Notes: a model not told the origin generated them from the letters alone. A stretch of DNA of 22,294 bases from Archangiaceae bacterium (GCA_043750125.1 JAYVCD010000220.1:1-22294); one strand, 5' to 3'. Positions 6,956-16,401 are shown, numbered from the stretch's first letter. Translations and numbers: made by a program.

Positions 6956-8320
6956 ATGCTCAAGCTGCCGATTTACATGGATAACCACGCGACGACCCCA
7001 ATGGACCCCCGGGTCCTCGACGCGATGCGCCCCTACCTGGCGGAAGACTTCGGGAACGCCGCTTCTCGCAACCACAGCTTCGGTTGGAAAGCGGAAGCCG
7101 CGGTCGAGAACGCGCGCAAGCAAGTTGCTGCGCTGATCGGCGCCAACGAAAAAGAGATCGTCTTCACCTCGGGCGCTACCGAGTCGGACAACCTGGCCCT
7201 CAAGGGCGCGGTCGAGTTCTACAAGGACAAGGGCGACCACCTCATCACGCTGAAGACCGAGCACAAGGCGATCCTCGATACCTGCAAGCGCCTCGAGCGG
7301 ATGCGTCAGGAACGAATCGAAGAGCTGAAGATGATGAGGCTGTCGCAACTGGCCGATCGCGACGTGGGCCCCGAAGAGCTGGCGACGCTCGAGATCAAGT
7401 TCGACCTCGAGAAGGACATCGTGTTTCAGCGCTGGGTCGCGAAAGTCCGCACCGGCGCGCGGGTCACCTACCTCGATGTGAAGAAAGACGGCCTGGTCGA
7501 TCTCGCCCAGCTCGAGGCGGCGATCACCGATCAGACGATCCTCGTTTCGATCATGCTCGCCAACAACGAGATTGGGGTCGTCCAGCCGGTGAACGAGATT
7601 GGAAAGCTCTGCCGCGCCCGGGGAGTGCTCTTTCATTCCGACGCGGTGCAGGGCCTGGGGAAGGTGCCCTTCAGCGTCGACGAGGCGAAGGCAGACCTGG
7701 TGTCGATTACCTCGCACAAGATCTACGGACCCAAGGGCATTGGCGCGCTGTACGTGCGTCGCAAGCCGCGGGTGCGCATTGCGCCGAGCATCGACGGCGG
7801 CGGTCATGAGCGCGGGATGCGTTCGGGCACCCTGCCTGTCGCGTCGATCGTCGGGTTTGGCAAGGCGGCAGAGCTCGCGCGCGTCGAGATGGCGGGCGAA
7901 GCCGCGCGCCTCGAGGCCTTGCGAGATCGGTTGCTGAAGGGCCTTCAGTCCAAACTCGACATGCTGGTGATCAACGGCTCGATGGAACATCGACTTCCGG
8001 GCAACCTCAACGTCTCGTTTGCGTACGTCGAAGGCGAAGCGCTGATGATGGCGATCAAGGACGTCGCGGTGAGCTCGGGTTCTGCCTGCACGTCGGCATC
8101 GCTCGAGCCGTCCTATGTGCTGCGCGCCTGCGGAATCGAAGAAGACATGGCCCACAGCTCGATTCGTTTCGGGATCGGGCGGTTCAACACCGAAGAAGAG
8201 ATCGATTTCGTGATCGACCTGATGGGAAAAAGCGTGACCCGCTTGCGTGAAATGAGCCCTCTGTACGAGATGGCCAAAGAAGGAATCGACCTCAAGTCCG
8301 TGAGTTGGACGGCACACTGA
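6956..8320 (+). CDS. iscS: Cysteine desulfurase IscS
   Basis: [28 protein letters not shown] (PLP Lys), SSGSACTS (catalytic Cys), and the IscS-type C-terminus [14 protein letters not shown]. Confidence 0.97.
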   Translation: MLKLPIYMDNHATTPMDPRVLDAMRPYLAEDFGNAASRNHSFGWKAEAAVENARKQVAALIGANEKEIVFTSGATESDNLALKGAVEFYKDKGDHLITLKTEHKAILDTCKRLERMRQERIEELKMMRLSQLADRDVGPEELATLEIKFDLEKDIVFQRWVAKVRTGARVTYLDVKKDGLVDLAQLEAAITDQTILVSIMLANNEIGVVQPVNEIGKLCRARGVLFHSDAVQGLGKVPFSVDEAKADLVSITSHKIYGPKGIGALYVRRKPRVRIAPSIDGGGHERGMRSGTLPVASIVGFGKAAELARVEMAGEAARLEALRDRLLKGLQSKLDMLVINGSMEHRLPGNLNVSFAYVEGEALMMAIKDVAVSSGSACTSASLEPSYVLRACGIEEDMAHSSIRFGIGRFNTEEEIDFVIDLMGKSVTRLREMSPLYEMAKEGIDLKSVSWTAH

Positions 8321-8338
8321 AACGAAGGAGAACTGATC

Positions 8339-8770
8339 ATGGCCTACAGCGAAAAAGTTATTGAGCATTACGAGCGTCCCCGGAATGTCGGCACCCTCGA
8401 CAAAGACGATCCGAACGTGGGCACCGGGCTGGTGGGCGCTCCTGCGTGCGGCGATGTGATGCGGCTTCAGCTCCGGGTTTCCGACGCCGGCATCATTCAG
8501 GACGCGCGGTTCAAGACCTTCGGCTGTGGCTCGGCGATCGCGTCCAGCTCGCTGGTGACCGAGTGGGTGAAGGGGAAGACCCTCGAAGAGGCGGGCAAAA
8601 TCACCAACGTCGAAGTGGCCAAAGAGCTCTCTTTGCCGCCGGTGAAGATTCACTGCTCGGTGCTCGCCGAAGACGCGATCAAGGCCGCGATCGCGGACTT
8701 CCAGAAGAAGCGCGCTGCCCGCATGGTTCCTGCGGCGGTTCCGCTCGCGACGGCTGAAACGGGGAAGTAA
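8339..8770 (+). CDS. iscU: Fe-S cluster scaffold IscU
   Basis: GAPACGDVM, FKTFGCGSAIASSS and LPPVKIHCS (HscA-binding LPPVK); Shine-Dalgarno AAGGAG upstream. Confidence 0.97.
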   Translation: MAYSEKVIEHYERPRNVGTLDKDDPNVGTGLVGAPACGDVMRLQLRVSDAGIIQDARFKTFGCGSAIASSSLVTEWVKGKTLEEAGKITNVEVAKELSLPPVKIHCSVLAEDAIKAAIADFQKKRAARMVPAAVPLATAETGK

Positions 8771-9159
8771 TGGGCGAGCCGATTGCCACTCAAGATCTGG
8801 CCAGCATCGGCCCGATCGGAAAGCCGACCATTCGCGGAGTGGGCATTGGCGAGAGCGCGGTGCCTCGGCTCAAGCTGTTGTTGGCCGAGCGCCAGACCCC
8901 CCAAGCGGGGCTGCGGATCATGGTCAAAGGCGGTGGGTGCTCGGGTCTGTCGTACCAGATGGAATGGGCCGAAGCCCCCCGCGAGCGAGACAAGATCTTC
9001 GAGCGGGACGGGGTTCGGGTGTTCGTGGACCCCAAGAGCTACCTGTACCTGATGGGCACCGAGCTGATCTTCGAAGAAACGATGATGGCTTCCGGATTCA
9101 AGCTTCAAAATCCCAACGTCAAAGCTGCCTGCGGTTGCGGTGACAGCTTCGCCGTGTGA
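8770..9159 (+). CDS. iscA: A-type Fe-S carrier IscA
   Basis: GGGCSGLSY and NPNVKAACGCGDSF motifs; position in the isc operon. Confidence 0.93.
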   Translation: MGEPIATQDLASIGPIGKPTIRGVGIGESAVPRLKLLLAERQTPQAGLRIMVKGGGCSGLSYQMEWAEAPRERDKIFERDGVRVFVDPKSYLYLMGTELIFEETMMASGFKLQNPNVKAACGCGDSFAV

Positions 9160-9162
9160 CGT

Positions 9163-9684
9163 GTGACGCACTTCGAACTTTTTGGACTCCTACCCTCGGT
9201 GGATGTCGATGTCCCTGCGCTGGAAGCCAGACACCGCGCGCTGAGTCTCGAGCGGCATCCGGATCGCCAGGCTGACCCCAAAGCGCGAAGGTTGGCGGTC
9301 GACCAGACGGCGAGCCTCAATGAGGCGCTCAAGGTCCTGCGCGATCCGATCAAGCGCGCTTTCTACCTGCTCAAGCTCAAGGGCGTAGATCTCGAGCGGG
9401 ACCAGGCGGGAGAACAACGCCAGATGCCTCTGGAATTTCTCGAAGAGGTGATGGAACGGCGCGAGGCGCTCGAGGAAGTGCGGGCGGCCAGAGATCTGGT
9501 CAAAGCCCAGGCGATGGCGAACCAGGTCGCGTCGTTGAAAGACCAGGCGCTCGAGGCGGCGCAGAAGGCACTGGCCGCAGATCGGGTTCAAGACGCGACC
9601 CACCAACTGGGGCGGGTGCGGTACTTCACCCGGTTCCTCGAAGAGGTCGAAGCGATCGAAGAAGAGGCGGCGGCGGCGCCATGA
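9163..9684 (+). CDS. hscB: Fe-S co-chaperone HscB (J-domain)
   Basis: HFELFGL, the HPD motif, [17 protein letters not shown] and [10 protein letters not shown]. Confidence 0.92.
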   Translation: MTHFELFGLLPSVDVDVPALEARHRALSLERHPDRQADPKARRLAVDQTASLNEALKVLRDPIKRAFYLLKLKGVDLERDQAGEQRQMPLEFLEEVMERREALEEVRAARDLVKAQAMANQVASLKDQALEAAQKALAADRVQDATHQLGRVRYFTRFLEEVEAIEEEAAAAP

Positions 9685-11522
9685 AAGGGCTCCTTCAGAT
9701 TCACGACCCGCTCAAGCCGAAAGGCCACGCGGTCGGCATCGATCTGGGAACCACCAATTCGTTGGTCGCTTCGGTGATCAACGGCAAGCCGCGCTGCTTG
9801 CCGGCCGACGAAGGCGAGTCGTTGCTGCTCCCCTCGGTCGTCCACTACGGGAAGGACGGCGGAGTGGTCGTCGGAGCCCGCGCGCTCGCGCTGATCCCCG
9901 AGTTTCCGACCGACACCCTCAAGTCGGTGAAGCGGTTCATGGGCAAATCGTTGTCGGATGCCGAGACCCGCAAACTCGGCAGCTATAAGTTCACCGAAGG
10001 CCACGGAGTGGTGCGCTTCGATGTGGCCGGAGGGAACCCGGTGACCCCGGTCGAAGCGTCGGGCGAGATCTTGCGCGCGCTCAAGCGCAGGGCCGAGACC
10101 CATTTTGCCGGCAAGGTCGAGCAGGCGGTGATCACCGTTCCGGCCTACTTCGATGACGCCCAGCGCCAGGCCACTCGAGACGCAGGCCGGCTCGCAGGCC
10201 TCGAGGTGCTTCGATTGCTCAATGAGCCCACCGCCGCGGCGCTGGCTTACGGGCTGGACAAGGGCAGCCAGGGCCTGTTTGCGGTCTACGACCTGGGGGG
10301 CGGGACCTTCGACATCTCGCTGCTCAAGCTCACCGAGGGGATCTTCGAGGTGAAGTCGACCGGTGGCGACTCAGCGTTGGGTGGCGACGACTTCGATCGC
10401 GCGATCGCCCAGGCGGTGCTGAGCGAACGGGGGCTAATCGACCCGACCCCCTCGCAGATTGGAACGCTGTTGCTGTTGGCGCGGAAGGCGAAGGAAGAGC
10501 TCACCGAGCGGCAGAGCACCGCGCTCGTCTTCGAGGGGCGGTCGACCGAGGTGACGCGGGAGCAACTCGAAGGGTGGATCGCTCCCCTGCTGGCGCGAAC
10601 GGGCGTGGCGTGTCGTCGAGCGCTCAAGGACGCGAGCCTGAAGCCGACCGAGCTCGATGGAGTCGTGCTGGTCGGCGGCTCGACCCGGGTCCCCGCGGTG
10701 CGAAAATTCGTGACCGAGCTATTTGGGCGTACACCCTTGGCCGACATCGACCCCGATCAGGTGGTCGCCCTCGGAGCAGCGATTCAGGCCGACCTTTTGA
10801 CCAACCAGTCTCGCCAGGACGAGGTGTTGCTGCTCGATGTCATTCCGCTGTCTCTGGGTCTGGAGACCATGGGGGGGGTGGTCGAGAAAGTGATTCCGCG
10901 CAACAGCCCGATTCCCACAGCGCAGGCGCAGATCTTCACCACGTTCCAGGACGGCCAGAACGGAATGGACATCCACGTGCTGCAGGGTGAGCGCGAGCTG
11001 GTCGACGATTGCCGGTCGCTCGCGCGGTTCCGGCTGACCGGAATTCCCCAGCTGCCCGCGGGCATGGGGCGGGTCGAGGTGCGGTTTGCGGTCGACGCCG
11101 ACGGGATCTTGTCGGTCAGCGCCAAAGAGCAGACCACCGGGGTGTCCCAGGCGATCACCGTCAAGCCCAGCCACGGTCTGAGCGATGAGGAAATCGAGCA
11201 GATGCTGCTCGATTCGATCGATCACGCCGAAGACGACATGCAGAAGCGTCAGCTGCGCGAGCAGCAGGTCGAGGCCAAACAGATCCTCGTCAATGCCCAC
11301 AAGCAGCTGATCGAGAACGGCGATCTCTTGAGCGACGATGAGAAGCGCGCGTTCGTCGACGGAATCGAGGCGCTCGAGAAGACCGCTGCGACCGTTGAAG
11401 ACCACCTCGAGCTCAAGGCGGCGATCGCGATGCTCGACGAGCAGAGCAAGCCCTTCGTCGAGCGGATCATGAATCGGTCGATTCAGCGCGCGGCGGTCGG
11501 CCATCGCATCGAGGAGTACTGA
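9681..11522 (+). CDS. hscA: Fe-S chaperone HscA (Hsp70 family)
   Basis: LLQIHDP N-terminus, [34 protein letters not shown] and [10 protein letters not shown]; operon context. Confidence 0.94.
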   Translation: MKGLLQIHDPLKPKGHAVGIDLGTTNSLVASVINGKPRCLPADEGESLLLPSVVHYGKDGGVVVGARALALIPEFPTDTLKSVKRFMGKSLSDAETRKLGSYKFTEGHGVVRFDVAGGNPVTPVEASGEILRALKRRAETHFAGKVEQAVITVPAYFDDAQRQATRDAGRLAGLEVLRLLNEPTAAALAYGLDKGSQGLFAVYDLGGGTFDISLLKLTEGIFEVKSTGGDSALGGDDFDRAIAQAVLSERGLIDPTPSQIGTLLLLARKAKEELTERQSTALVFEGRSTEVTREQLEGWIAPLLARTGVACRRALKDASLKPTELDGVVLVGGSTRVPAVRKFVTELFGRTPLADIDPDQVVALGAAIQADLLTNQSRQDEVLLLDVIPLSLGLETMGGVVEKVIPRNSPIPTAQAQIFTTFQDGQNGMDIHVLQGERELVDDCRSLARFRLTGIPQLPAGMGRVEVRFAVDADGILSVSAKEQTTGVSQAITVKPSHGLSDEEIEQMLLDSIDHAEDDMQKRQLREQQVEAKQILVNAHKQLIENGDLLSDDEKRAFVDGIEALEKTAATVEDHLELKAAIAMLDEQSKPFVERIMNRSIQRAAVGHRIEEY

Positions 11523-11524
11523 TC

Positions 11525-11902
11525 GTGCCGAAGGTGCATTTCGTCTCTCCGCTGCAGGACCTCACCGTCGAGGTGGCCCCGGGGACCACGATTCTCGAGG
11601 CAGCCGAGACGTGTGGAGCCCAGGTCGGTCACAGCTGCGGAGGGGTCTGCGCCTGCTCGACCTGTCACGTCTGGGTGAAGAAGGGGATCGCCTCGCTCTC
11701 GGAACAGCAGGACGACGAGATGGATCGCCTGGATCAGGCCTTCGATGTGAGGCCCGCGTCGCGGCTGGCCTGCCAATCGAAGGTCGATGGCGAAGACCTC
11801 GAGGTGTTCATCACCGAGGAATCGCTGGTCGCATTCATGGATGAAAATCCCGATGTGCGCCGGAAGCTGATCGCCGAACAGAAGTGGCCGGTCAGAAAGT
11901 GA
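11525..11902 (+). CDS. fdx: ISC-type [2Fe-2S] ferredoxin
   Basis: HSCGGVCACSTCHV and RLACQ; follows hscA. Confidence 0.93.
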   Translation: MPKVHFVSPLQDLTVEVAPGTTILEAAETCGAQVGHSCGGVCACSTCHVWVKKGIASLSEQQDDEMDRLDQAFDVRPASRLACQSKVDGEDLEVFITEESLVAFMDENPDVRRKLIAEQKWPVRK

Positions 11903-11922
11903 TCGGGCAGCGCGTCTGAAGC

Positions 11923-11951
11923 TTGATTCCTTCGACGTGCCTTTCTATAAG
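11923..11951 (+). promoter_or_regulatory. Sigma70-type promoter of tRNA-Leu
   Basis: TTGATT-N17-TATAAG followed by a GC-rich discriminator (CCGCGCGG), 11 nt before the tRNA. Confidence 0.65.
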
Positions 11952-11962
11952 CCGCGCGGCTC

Positions 11963-12046
11963 GCCCAGGTGGTGGAATTGGTAGACACGCCAGATTCAGG
12001 GTCTGGTGGTGGCAACACCGTGGAGGTTCGAGTCCTCTTCTGGGCA
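11963..12046 (+). tRNA. tRNA-Leu (anticodon CAG)
   Basis: Acceptor stem GCCCAGG/TCTGGGC plus discriminator A; D-loop GGAATTGGTAGAC; anticodon arm CCAGA-TTCAGGG-TCTGG; long variable arm GGTGGCAACACC; T arm GGAGG-TTCGAGT-CCTCT. CCA is not encoded. Confidence 0.97.
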
Positions 12047-12055
12047 AGAGTTGAA

Positions 12056-12090
12056 GGGGGAGTCGGGAAACCGGCTCCCCCTTTTTTTTT
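12056..12090 (+). terminator. Rho-independent terminator after tRNA-Leu
   Basis: GGGGGAGTCGG-GAAA-CCGGCTCCCCC followed by T9. Confidence 0.92.
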
Positions 12091-12222
12091 ACCGCGGGTC
12101 ATTTCAGCCACCCCTACCCAACGACTGATGCGATCTGCCTCACTGCGAATCCCGGTGTGGCGTTGCTGTCAACGGACGCACGGCTCAAACGCAGAATCGG
12201 CGCGGGTTACCGCCCAGCCCAA

Positions 12223-12238
12223 TGGCATGGCTCCTGCT
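12223..12238 (+). promoter_or_regulatory. Putative sigma54 (-24/-12) promoter
   Basis: TGGCATG-GCTC-CTGCT matches TGGCACG-N4-TTGC(A/T) with exact GG-N10-GC spacing, 52 nt upstream of the ATG at 12291. Confidence 0.7.
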
Positions 12239-12290
12239 TAGGGCCCCTCAGCAGTGTTCAAGCAGTAACAACCCAATCCCAGGAGCATCC

Positions 12291-12644
12291 ATGAAGCGCC
12301 TTCTCGTCGTTGCCGTGACTCTGTTCGCATTCGCGTCGTTTGCCGAAGACACCAAGACCACTGAGACGAAGAAGACCCTCACCAAGACGAACGGGAAGGC
12401 CACCGCCACCACCGAGACCAAGACCGTCAACGATCCCGACGGGCTGGGCAACAGCACCACCGACAAGACGCTGTCGGAGAAACAGGTGAAGAGGACCCCG
12501 GGCGGCGGCAAAGAGACCACCACGGCGACGACCGCCGAGCACGACGCGCCGGGGATGAAGAACGACGCGAAGGCCAGCACCAAGACCAAGGTCGTCCGCG
12601 ACGCGAACGGGAAGATCGTGAAGGAAGAAGTCGAGATCAAGTAA
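12291..12644 (+). CDS. Small secreted Thr/Lys-rich hypothetical protein (117 aa)
   Basis: Shine-Dalgarno AGGAG before the ATG; Sec signal peptide MKRLLVVAVTLFAFASFA; strong GC3 codon bias; own terminator. Confidence 0.82.
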   Translation: MKRLLVVAVTLFAFASFAEDTKTTETKKTLTKTNGKATATTETKTVNDPDGLGNSTTDKTLSEKQVKRTPGGGKETTTATTAEHDAPGMKNDAKASTKTKVVRDANGKIVKEEVEIK

Positions 12645-12671
12645 GCGCTGAAAAGAGCTTCACGCTTTGCT

Positions 12672-12706
12672 GGCCCGGCATCGTTGCGATGCCGAGGCCT
12701 TTTTTT
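12672..12706 (+). terminator. Rho-independent terminator between convergent genes
   Basis: GGCC-CGGCATCG-TTG-CGATGCCG-A-GGCC followed by T7. Confidence 0.85.
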
Positions 12707-12716
12707 CTACCGAGGC

Positions 12717-13793
12717 TCAGCTCGCCAGCCACCGATCAAGCCCCCGGCTTCCGGGCTCGCCGCGCAGCCCGGTTTCGATCGCGAGCTCAAAGGCGTGAAT
12801 GCCCCGAGTGCGCAGCGACTCGAGCAGGACCGCGCCCGTCGCTGCATCTGGAGCGAAGATCACGCAGCCGTCTCCCCCTCCAGCGCCGGACATTTTCCCG
12901 GCGCACCCGACCGACCGGGCCAGGGCCAGCAGCCTCGCCATCGGCTCGGTCTCCAGCCGCCCCAGCGACGACAGCAATGCCTGAAGGCCGGTGGCGGCCT
13001 CGGCGACCTCGGCGAAGTCTCCTTTGGCCAGGCCCGTCTCGAGCTGTTGGCCCAGCGAGTCCGAGCGGCCGACGAAGCGCTGGCGTTCGACTTCGGCCCA
13101 GCGCTGCTCGACTTCGCCAATCAGGAACGGGGTCGAAGCGCTGTTCCCGGCGAAGGCGTAGATCAGCGGCAGCTTCGCGTCGGGCAGGCGCGACAGTTCG
13201 ACCGGGGCCGCGTTGCGCAGGGCTCCGGACAGATCGCTGCCGGTCGCCGCGCGGGTGAGCGCGCTCAAGTCATACCGACGGTACCGAATGATGCCCCCGG
13301 CGAAGATCGCCGCCACGTCGCCGCCGCTGCCTTTTCCACCCTGGGCGATCGCGTGCGCCAACAGAGAGAGCTTGAGGGTGTCGAGCGGGGCATCCAGGGC
13401 GTAACGCGCGGCTTCGGTGGCGAGCACGACCGCCCGCGCACTGCCGCCCATGCCCAGCTTGCGCCCGTCGCTCGCAGCCGGCGAAGGCTCGAGCGCGATG
13501 CCAAAGCCGGGCACCTGCCGACCCACCGCGCGCAGGACGAGATCGATGGCGCGGGCCGCAAAATGAAAGCGCTCGGGAACCTCTTCCGTCCACCGAACCC
13601 CCAGCGGCGTCGTTTGCCCTGAGAGCTTCCCGTCTTCGAGCGCGATCGCGACATCGCGATCGACCCGGGAACGAACGTGAGCGGCCGCCCGGGGCCCGAC
13701 TGCGGCGATTCGCGCGACGCCTCCCCAGAGCACGGCGTATTCGCCGCTCAGGAACAACTTTCCGGAAGCCGACAAGGTGCGCTGCATCGTCAC
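12717..13793 (-). CDS. GHMP kinase, phosphomevalonate-kinase-like
   Basis: ASGKLFLSGEYAVL, KLGMGGSA, GSGGDVAA and KMSGAGGGDG. GTG start overlaps the psuG stop; an alternative ATG lies at 13787. Confidence 0.8.
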   Translation of the reverse strand: MTMQRTLSASGKLFLSGEYAVLWGGVARIAAVGPRAAAHVRSRVDRDVAIALEDGKLSGQTTPLGVRWTEEVPERFHFAARAIDLVLRAVGRQVPGFGIALEPSPAASDGRKLGMGGSARAVVLATEAARYALDAPLDTLKLSLLAHAIAQGGKGSGGDVAAIFAGGIIRYRRYDLSALTRAATGSDLSGALRNAAPVELSRLPDAKLPLIYAFAGNSASTPFLIGEVEQRWAEVERQRFVGRSDSLGQQLETGLAKGDFAEVAEAATGLQALLSSLGRLETEPMARLLALARSVGCAGKMSGAGGGDGCVIFAPDAATGAVLLESLRTRGIHAFELAIETGLRGEPGSRGLDRWLAS

Positions 13794-14698
13794 CTTCCCT
13801 GGCTCAAGGCCACTGCGACCTTCGCGGCGAAGCGGGCGTTGTTCTCGAGCAGCGCGAGGTTCGCAATCAGGCTCTTGCCCTGGGTCCGGGCCGACAGTTC
13901 GGCGAGAAGAAACGGGGTCACCGCTTTCCCGGTAATCCGCTTCCGCTTTGCGGCCGCCAAGGACGCCGTCATGTGCCGCTCGATTTCCGAGAGCTTGAGG
14001 GCGGTCTCATCTGGCGGAGGCAGCGCAAACACCATCCCCCCCTGCCCCAGCTCTTCGAACCGCACCTTGCACAGCCGGGCTGCCTGCTTGGCTCCGGATA
14101 CGTCGTGCTCGAGTCTGAGCCCGGTGTGGCGGGTGTAGAAGCCGGGGAGCTCGGTGGTCCCCACCCCGACCACCGGCACGCCCAGGGTCTCGAGCAGCTC
14201 GAGCGTCTTGGGCAGGTCGAGCACCGACTTGGCCCCCGCGCAGATCACCGCTACGGGAAACCGGCCCAGCGCGAGCAGGTCTTGGGAAACGTCGAGGTCC
14301 TCGGCGAAGCCTCGGTGCACGCCCCCCAGCCCCCCGGTCGCGAAGACCCGGATTTTGGCGGCCGCGGCCAGCTCGCAGGTCGCGCTCACGGTGGTCCCTC
14401 CACTGGCCTCGTCGGCAATCGCCATCGCGAGATCGCGCGAGCCGATCTTGCGCAGCCCCTTTCCCACCGCGAGCCGACGAACCTGCGCTGGGGTGAGCCC
14501 GACCCAAAGCTCGCCGTCCAGGACCCCGGTGGTGGCCGGTACCGCGCCCTCTTCGCGAATGACCGCCTCGCAGCGCAGCGCGCTTTTCACGTTGTGGGGG
14601 CTGGGGAGGCCCTGGGCGATCACGGACGATTCCAGCGCCACCAACGGGCGATGGGTCTTCAAGGCGCGCGCCACTTCGGCAGAAAAGCGCAGCCTCAC
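13790..14698 (-). CDS. psuG: Pseudouridine-5'-phosphate glycosidase
   Basis: VALESSVIAQGLP, TTVSAT, FATGGLGGVHRG, DVSQDL, GAKSVLDLPKTLE.LET and GKAVTPFLL. Confidence 0.92.
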   Translation of the reverse strand: MRLRFSAEVARALKTHRPLVALESSVIAQGLPSPHNVKSALRCEAVIREEGAVPATTGVLDGELWVGLTPAQVRRLAVGKGLRKIGSRDLAMAIADEASGGTTVSATCELAAAAKIRVFATGGLGGVHRGFAEDLDVSQDLLALGRFPVAVICAGAKSVLDLPKTLELLETLGVPVVGVGTTELPGFYTRHTGLRLEHDVSGAKQAARLCKVRFEELGQGGMVFALPPPDETALKLSEIERHMTASLAAAKRKRITGKAVTPFLLAELSARTQGKSLIANLALLENNARFAAKVAVALSQGR

Positions 14699-16401
14699 GG
14701 CATCCGGCGCTTCTCGACGATCAACTGGTAATCCTCGATTTTCTTGTCCAGCGTCGGTCGACTGATTCCGAGCAGCGCGGCGGCCTTGATCTTTTTTCCG
14801 CGGGCCTCACGCAGCGCCTCGCTGATCGCATCGCGCTCGAGCCGGGAAATCATCTGCGCCAGGGTACGCCCGGTGGGAGTTGCGCCCCCTTCCTGGACTT
14901 CGGGCGGCAGCTTGAGCGCCGGGACTTCGGTGCCCGCGTAGAGCAAGGCCAGGCGCTCGGAAATTCCCTTCAGCTCCTCGACGTTGCCCGGCCACGCGTA
15001 ATCGACCAACAGCCGCCGGGCATCGGGGGTCAGCGTGGGCAGCTCTTTCTTCCGGCTGCGCGACAGACGCGCGGCGAAGGCCTCGTAGAGCGCGGGGACG
15101 TCGGGCCGTCGCTCGCGCAGGGGCAGCGACTCGATTTCGGCGCCCGCGAGGGCGCGGCCCAGCTCGGCTTCGAGCTCTCCCCGCTGCCCCAGCACACCAA
15201 TCGGCGCGTGCGAGGTGGCCATCACCCGAAGGTCGACCGCCTCTTCTCCTCCCTGTCGGGCGGGGGCGACCTTGCGCAGCAAAAAGCGGGCGACCCGTTC
15301 TGCCGTATGTCGAGGCAGCGCTTCGATCTGTTGCAGGACCAGGGTGCCCCCGTCCGCGCGCAGCAGCGCCGAGGCCATCGGAGGAACCCCGGGGGTGCTG
15401 CCCCGGCCAAACAGGTCTTCATCGACCTGCACCGGGGTCCGCCGGCAGTCGACCACGATGAACGGACCCAGCGCGCGGGGAGAGCGCGAATGAATGTACC
15501 GCGCGGTGTGAAGGCGACCGGTGCCGTGCTCTCCGTAAACCACCACTGGCTCGATCATCGACGCCGCGCGACGTGCCTGCTCGACCGTCTTGCGAAATTG
15601 CCGCGAGCCCCCCACCAGCTGCACCGGAGGGGCATCGACATCAGATCGGGCGCGAACCGCGGCGAAGGCTTCGCCGGCCAGCCGACCCAGAGCCGCGATC
15701 GTTCGGCCTTCTTCTTCTCCAAACGGCTCGGGCCGCTCGGCGTAGAGGATTCCAAACGGGGCGCCTCCGGAAGCCATCAGCGGAGCGCAGAGCACCCCAC
15801 CCACCCGGCCGATCTCACGCCGCTCGAGGGCTCCGCGGACGAGGCTGCGGGGAACCTCGACCGAGTCGGCTCCGACGACCGCCGCAGTGAGCAGGCCTTC
15901 CATTCCACCCAGCAGGGCGGCCGCCTTGTCTGCGTTGACGCTGCGGCCGAGCTCTTCAGCGGCGCGCCGCAGCACCATCGCTTCGTTGGCGGCCGACAGC
16001 AGCGCGGCGCCGGCGTTGTACAGGCCTCCCAGCGGGCCGCCGGCGGGCAACAGCTCTTCCAGCGGCGTCGAGGCGACGTTTCCGGGGCGATCTTTTTCGG
16101 TGAGCGCCGCGCGGGTCGGCGGCTCGTACAGCACCATGCTGTCGCCAATCTGAAACTGGTCGCCGGGCAGCATGATCGTCTCGCCTTCGATTCGCTCGCC
16201 GTTGACGAGCGTGCCGTTGCGCGAGCCGAGATCGGTCACTTTCGCCTGACCGTTCTCGACCACGATCTTCGCGTGGCGCCGCGAAACCTTGCTGTCTTCG
16301 AGAGGGATCTCGCACGACGGACTGCGTCCCAGCACCACTTCCCCTCGCACTTCGTGGCGCAACCCCGCGGACGGTCCGGTCAAAAGAAGCAATGCCGGCA
16401 T
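14695..16401 (-). CDS. FHA / GAF-like / degenerate sigma54-activator AAA+ / Fis-HTH regulator
   Basis: FHA motifs (LGRS, SRRHA, DLGSRNGT); bEBP remnants (GEHGTGR, ADGGTL, PLRERR, WPGNV.EL); C-terminal HTH (KAAALLGISRPTLDKKI). Confidence 0.87.
   Translation of the reverse strand: MPALLLLTGPSAGLRHEVRGEVVLGRSPSCEIPLEDSKVSRRHAKIVVENGQAKVTDLGSRNGTLVNGERIEGETIMLPGDQFQIGDSMVLYEPPTRAALTEKDRPGNVASTPLEELLPAGGPLGGLYNAGAALLSAANEAMVLRRAAEELGRSVNADKAAALLGGMEGLLTAAVVGADSVEVPRSLVRGALERREIGRVGGVLCAPLMASGGAPFGILYAERPEPFGEEEGRTIAALGRLAGEAFAAVRARSDVDAPPVQLVGGSRQFRKTVEQARRAASMIEPVVVYGEHGTGRLHTARYIHSRSPRALGPFIVVDCRRTPVQVDEDLFGRGSTPGVPPMASALLRADGGTLVLQQIEALPRHTAERVARFLLRKVAPARQGGEEAVDLRVMATSHAPIGVLGQRGELEAELGRALAGAEIESLPLRERRPDVPALYEAFAARLSRSRKKELPTLTPDARRLLVDYAWPGNVEELKGISERLALLYAGTEVPALKLPPEVQEGGATPTGRTLAQMISRLERDAISEALREARGKKIKAAALLGISRPTLDKKIEDYQLIVEKRRMP

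Noticed and set aside
7301-7450. Intein or intron in iscS
   Set aside because: No N-terminal Cys/Ser and no C-terminal His-Asn splice motif; too short; the reading frame is continuous.
6923-8653. Long antisense ORFs (576 aa here; also 1826..3058, 4842..6071, 15208..16407, 16669..17829)
   Set aside because: Shadow ORFs opposite well-supported genes, expected from high-GC codon bias, with no recognisable motifs.
11963-12046. tRNA-Sec (selC), suggested by the TTCA in the anticodon loop and the long variable arm
   Set aside because: The 7-nt loop TT-CAG-GG places CAG at the anticodon, and the 7-bp acceptor stem with discriminator A fits tRNA-Leu.
11969-12241. 90-aa ORF and the 140-aa extension starting at 12222
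   Set aside because: The first overlaps the tRNA and terminator. The second begins inside the sigma54 promoter, whereas ATG 12291 has an SD and a signal peptide.
12020-12720. Genomic island integrated at tRNA-Leu
   Set aside because: No integrase, no duplicated tRNA 3' end seen in the window, and no evident compositional shift.
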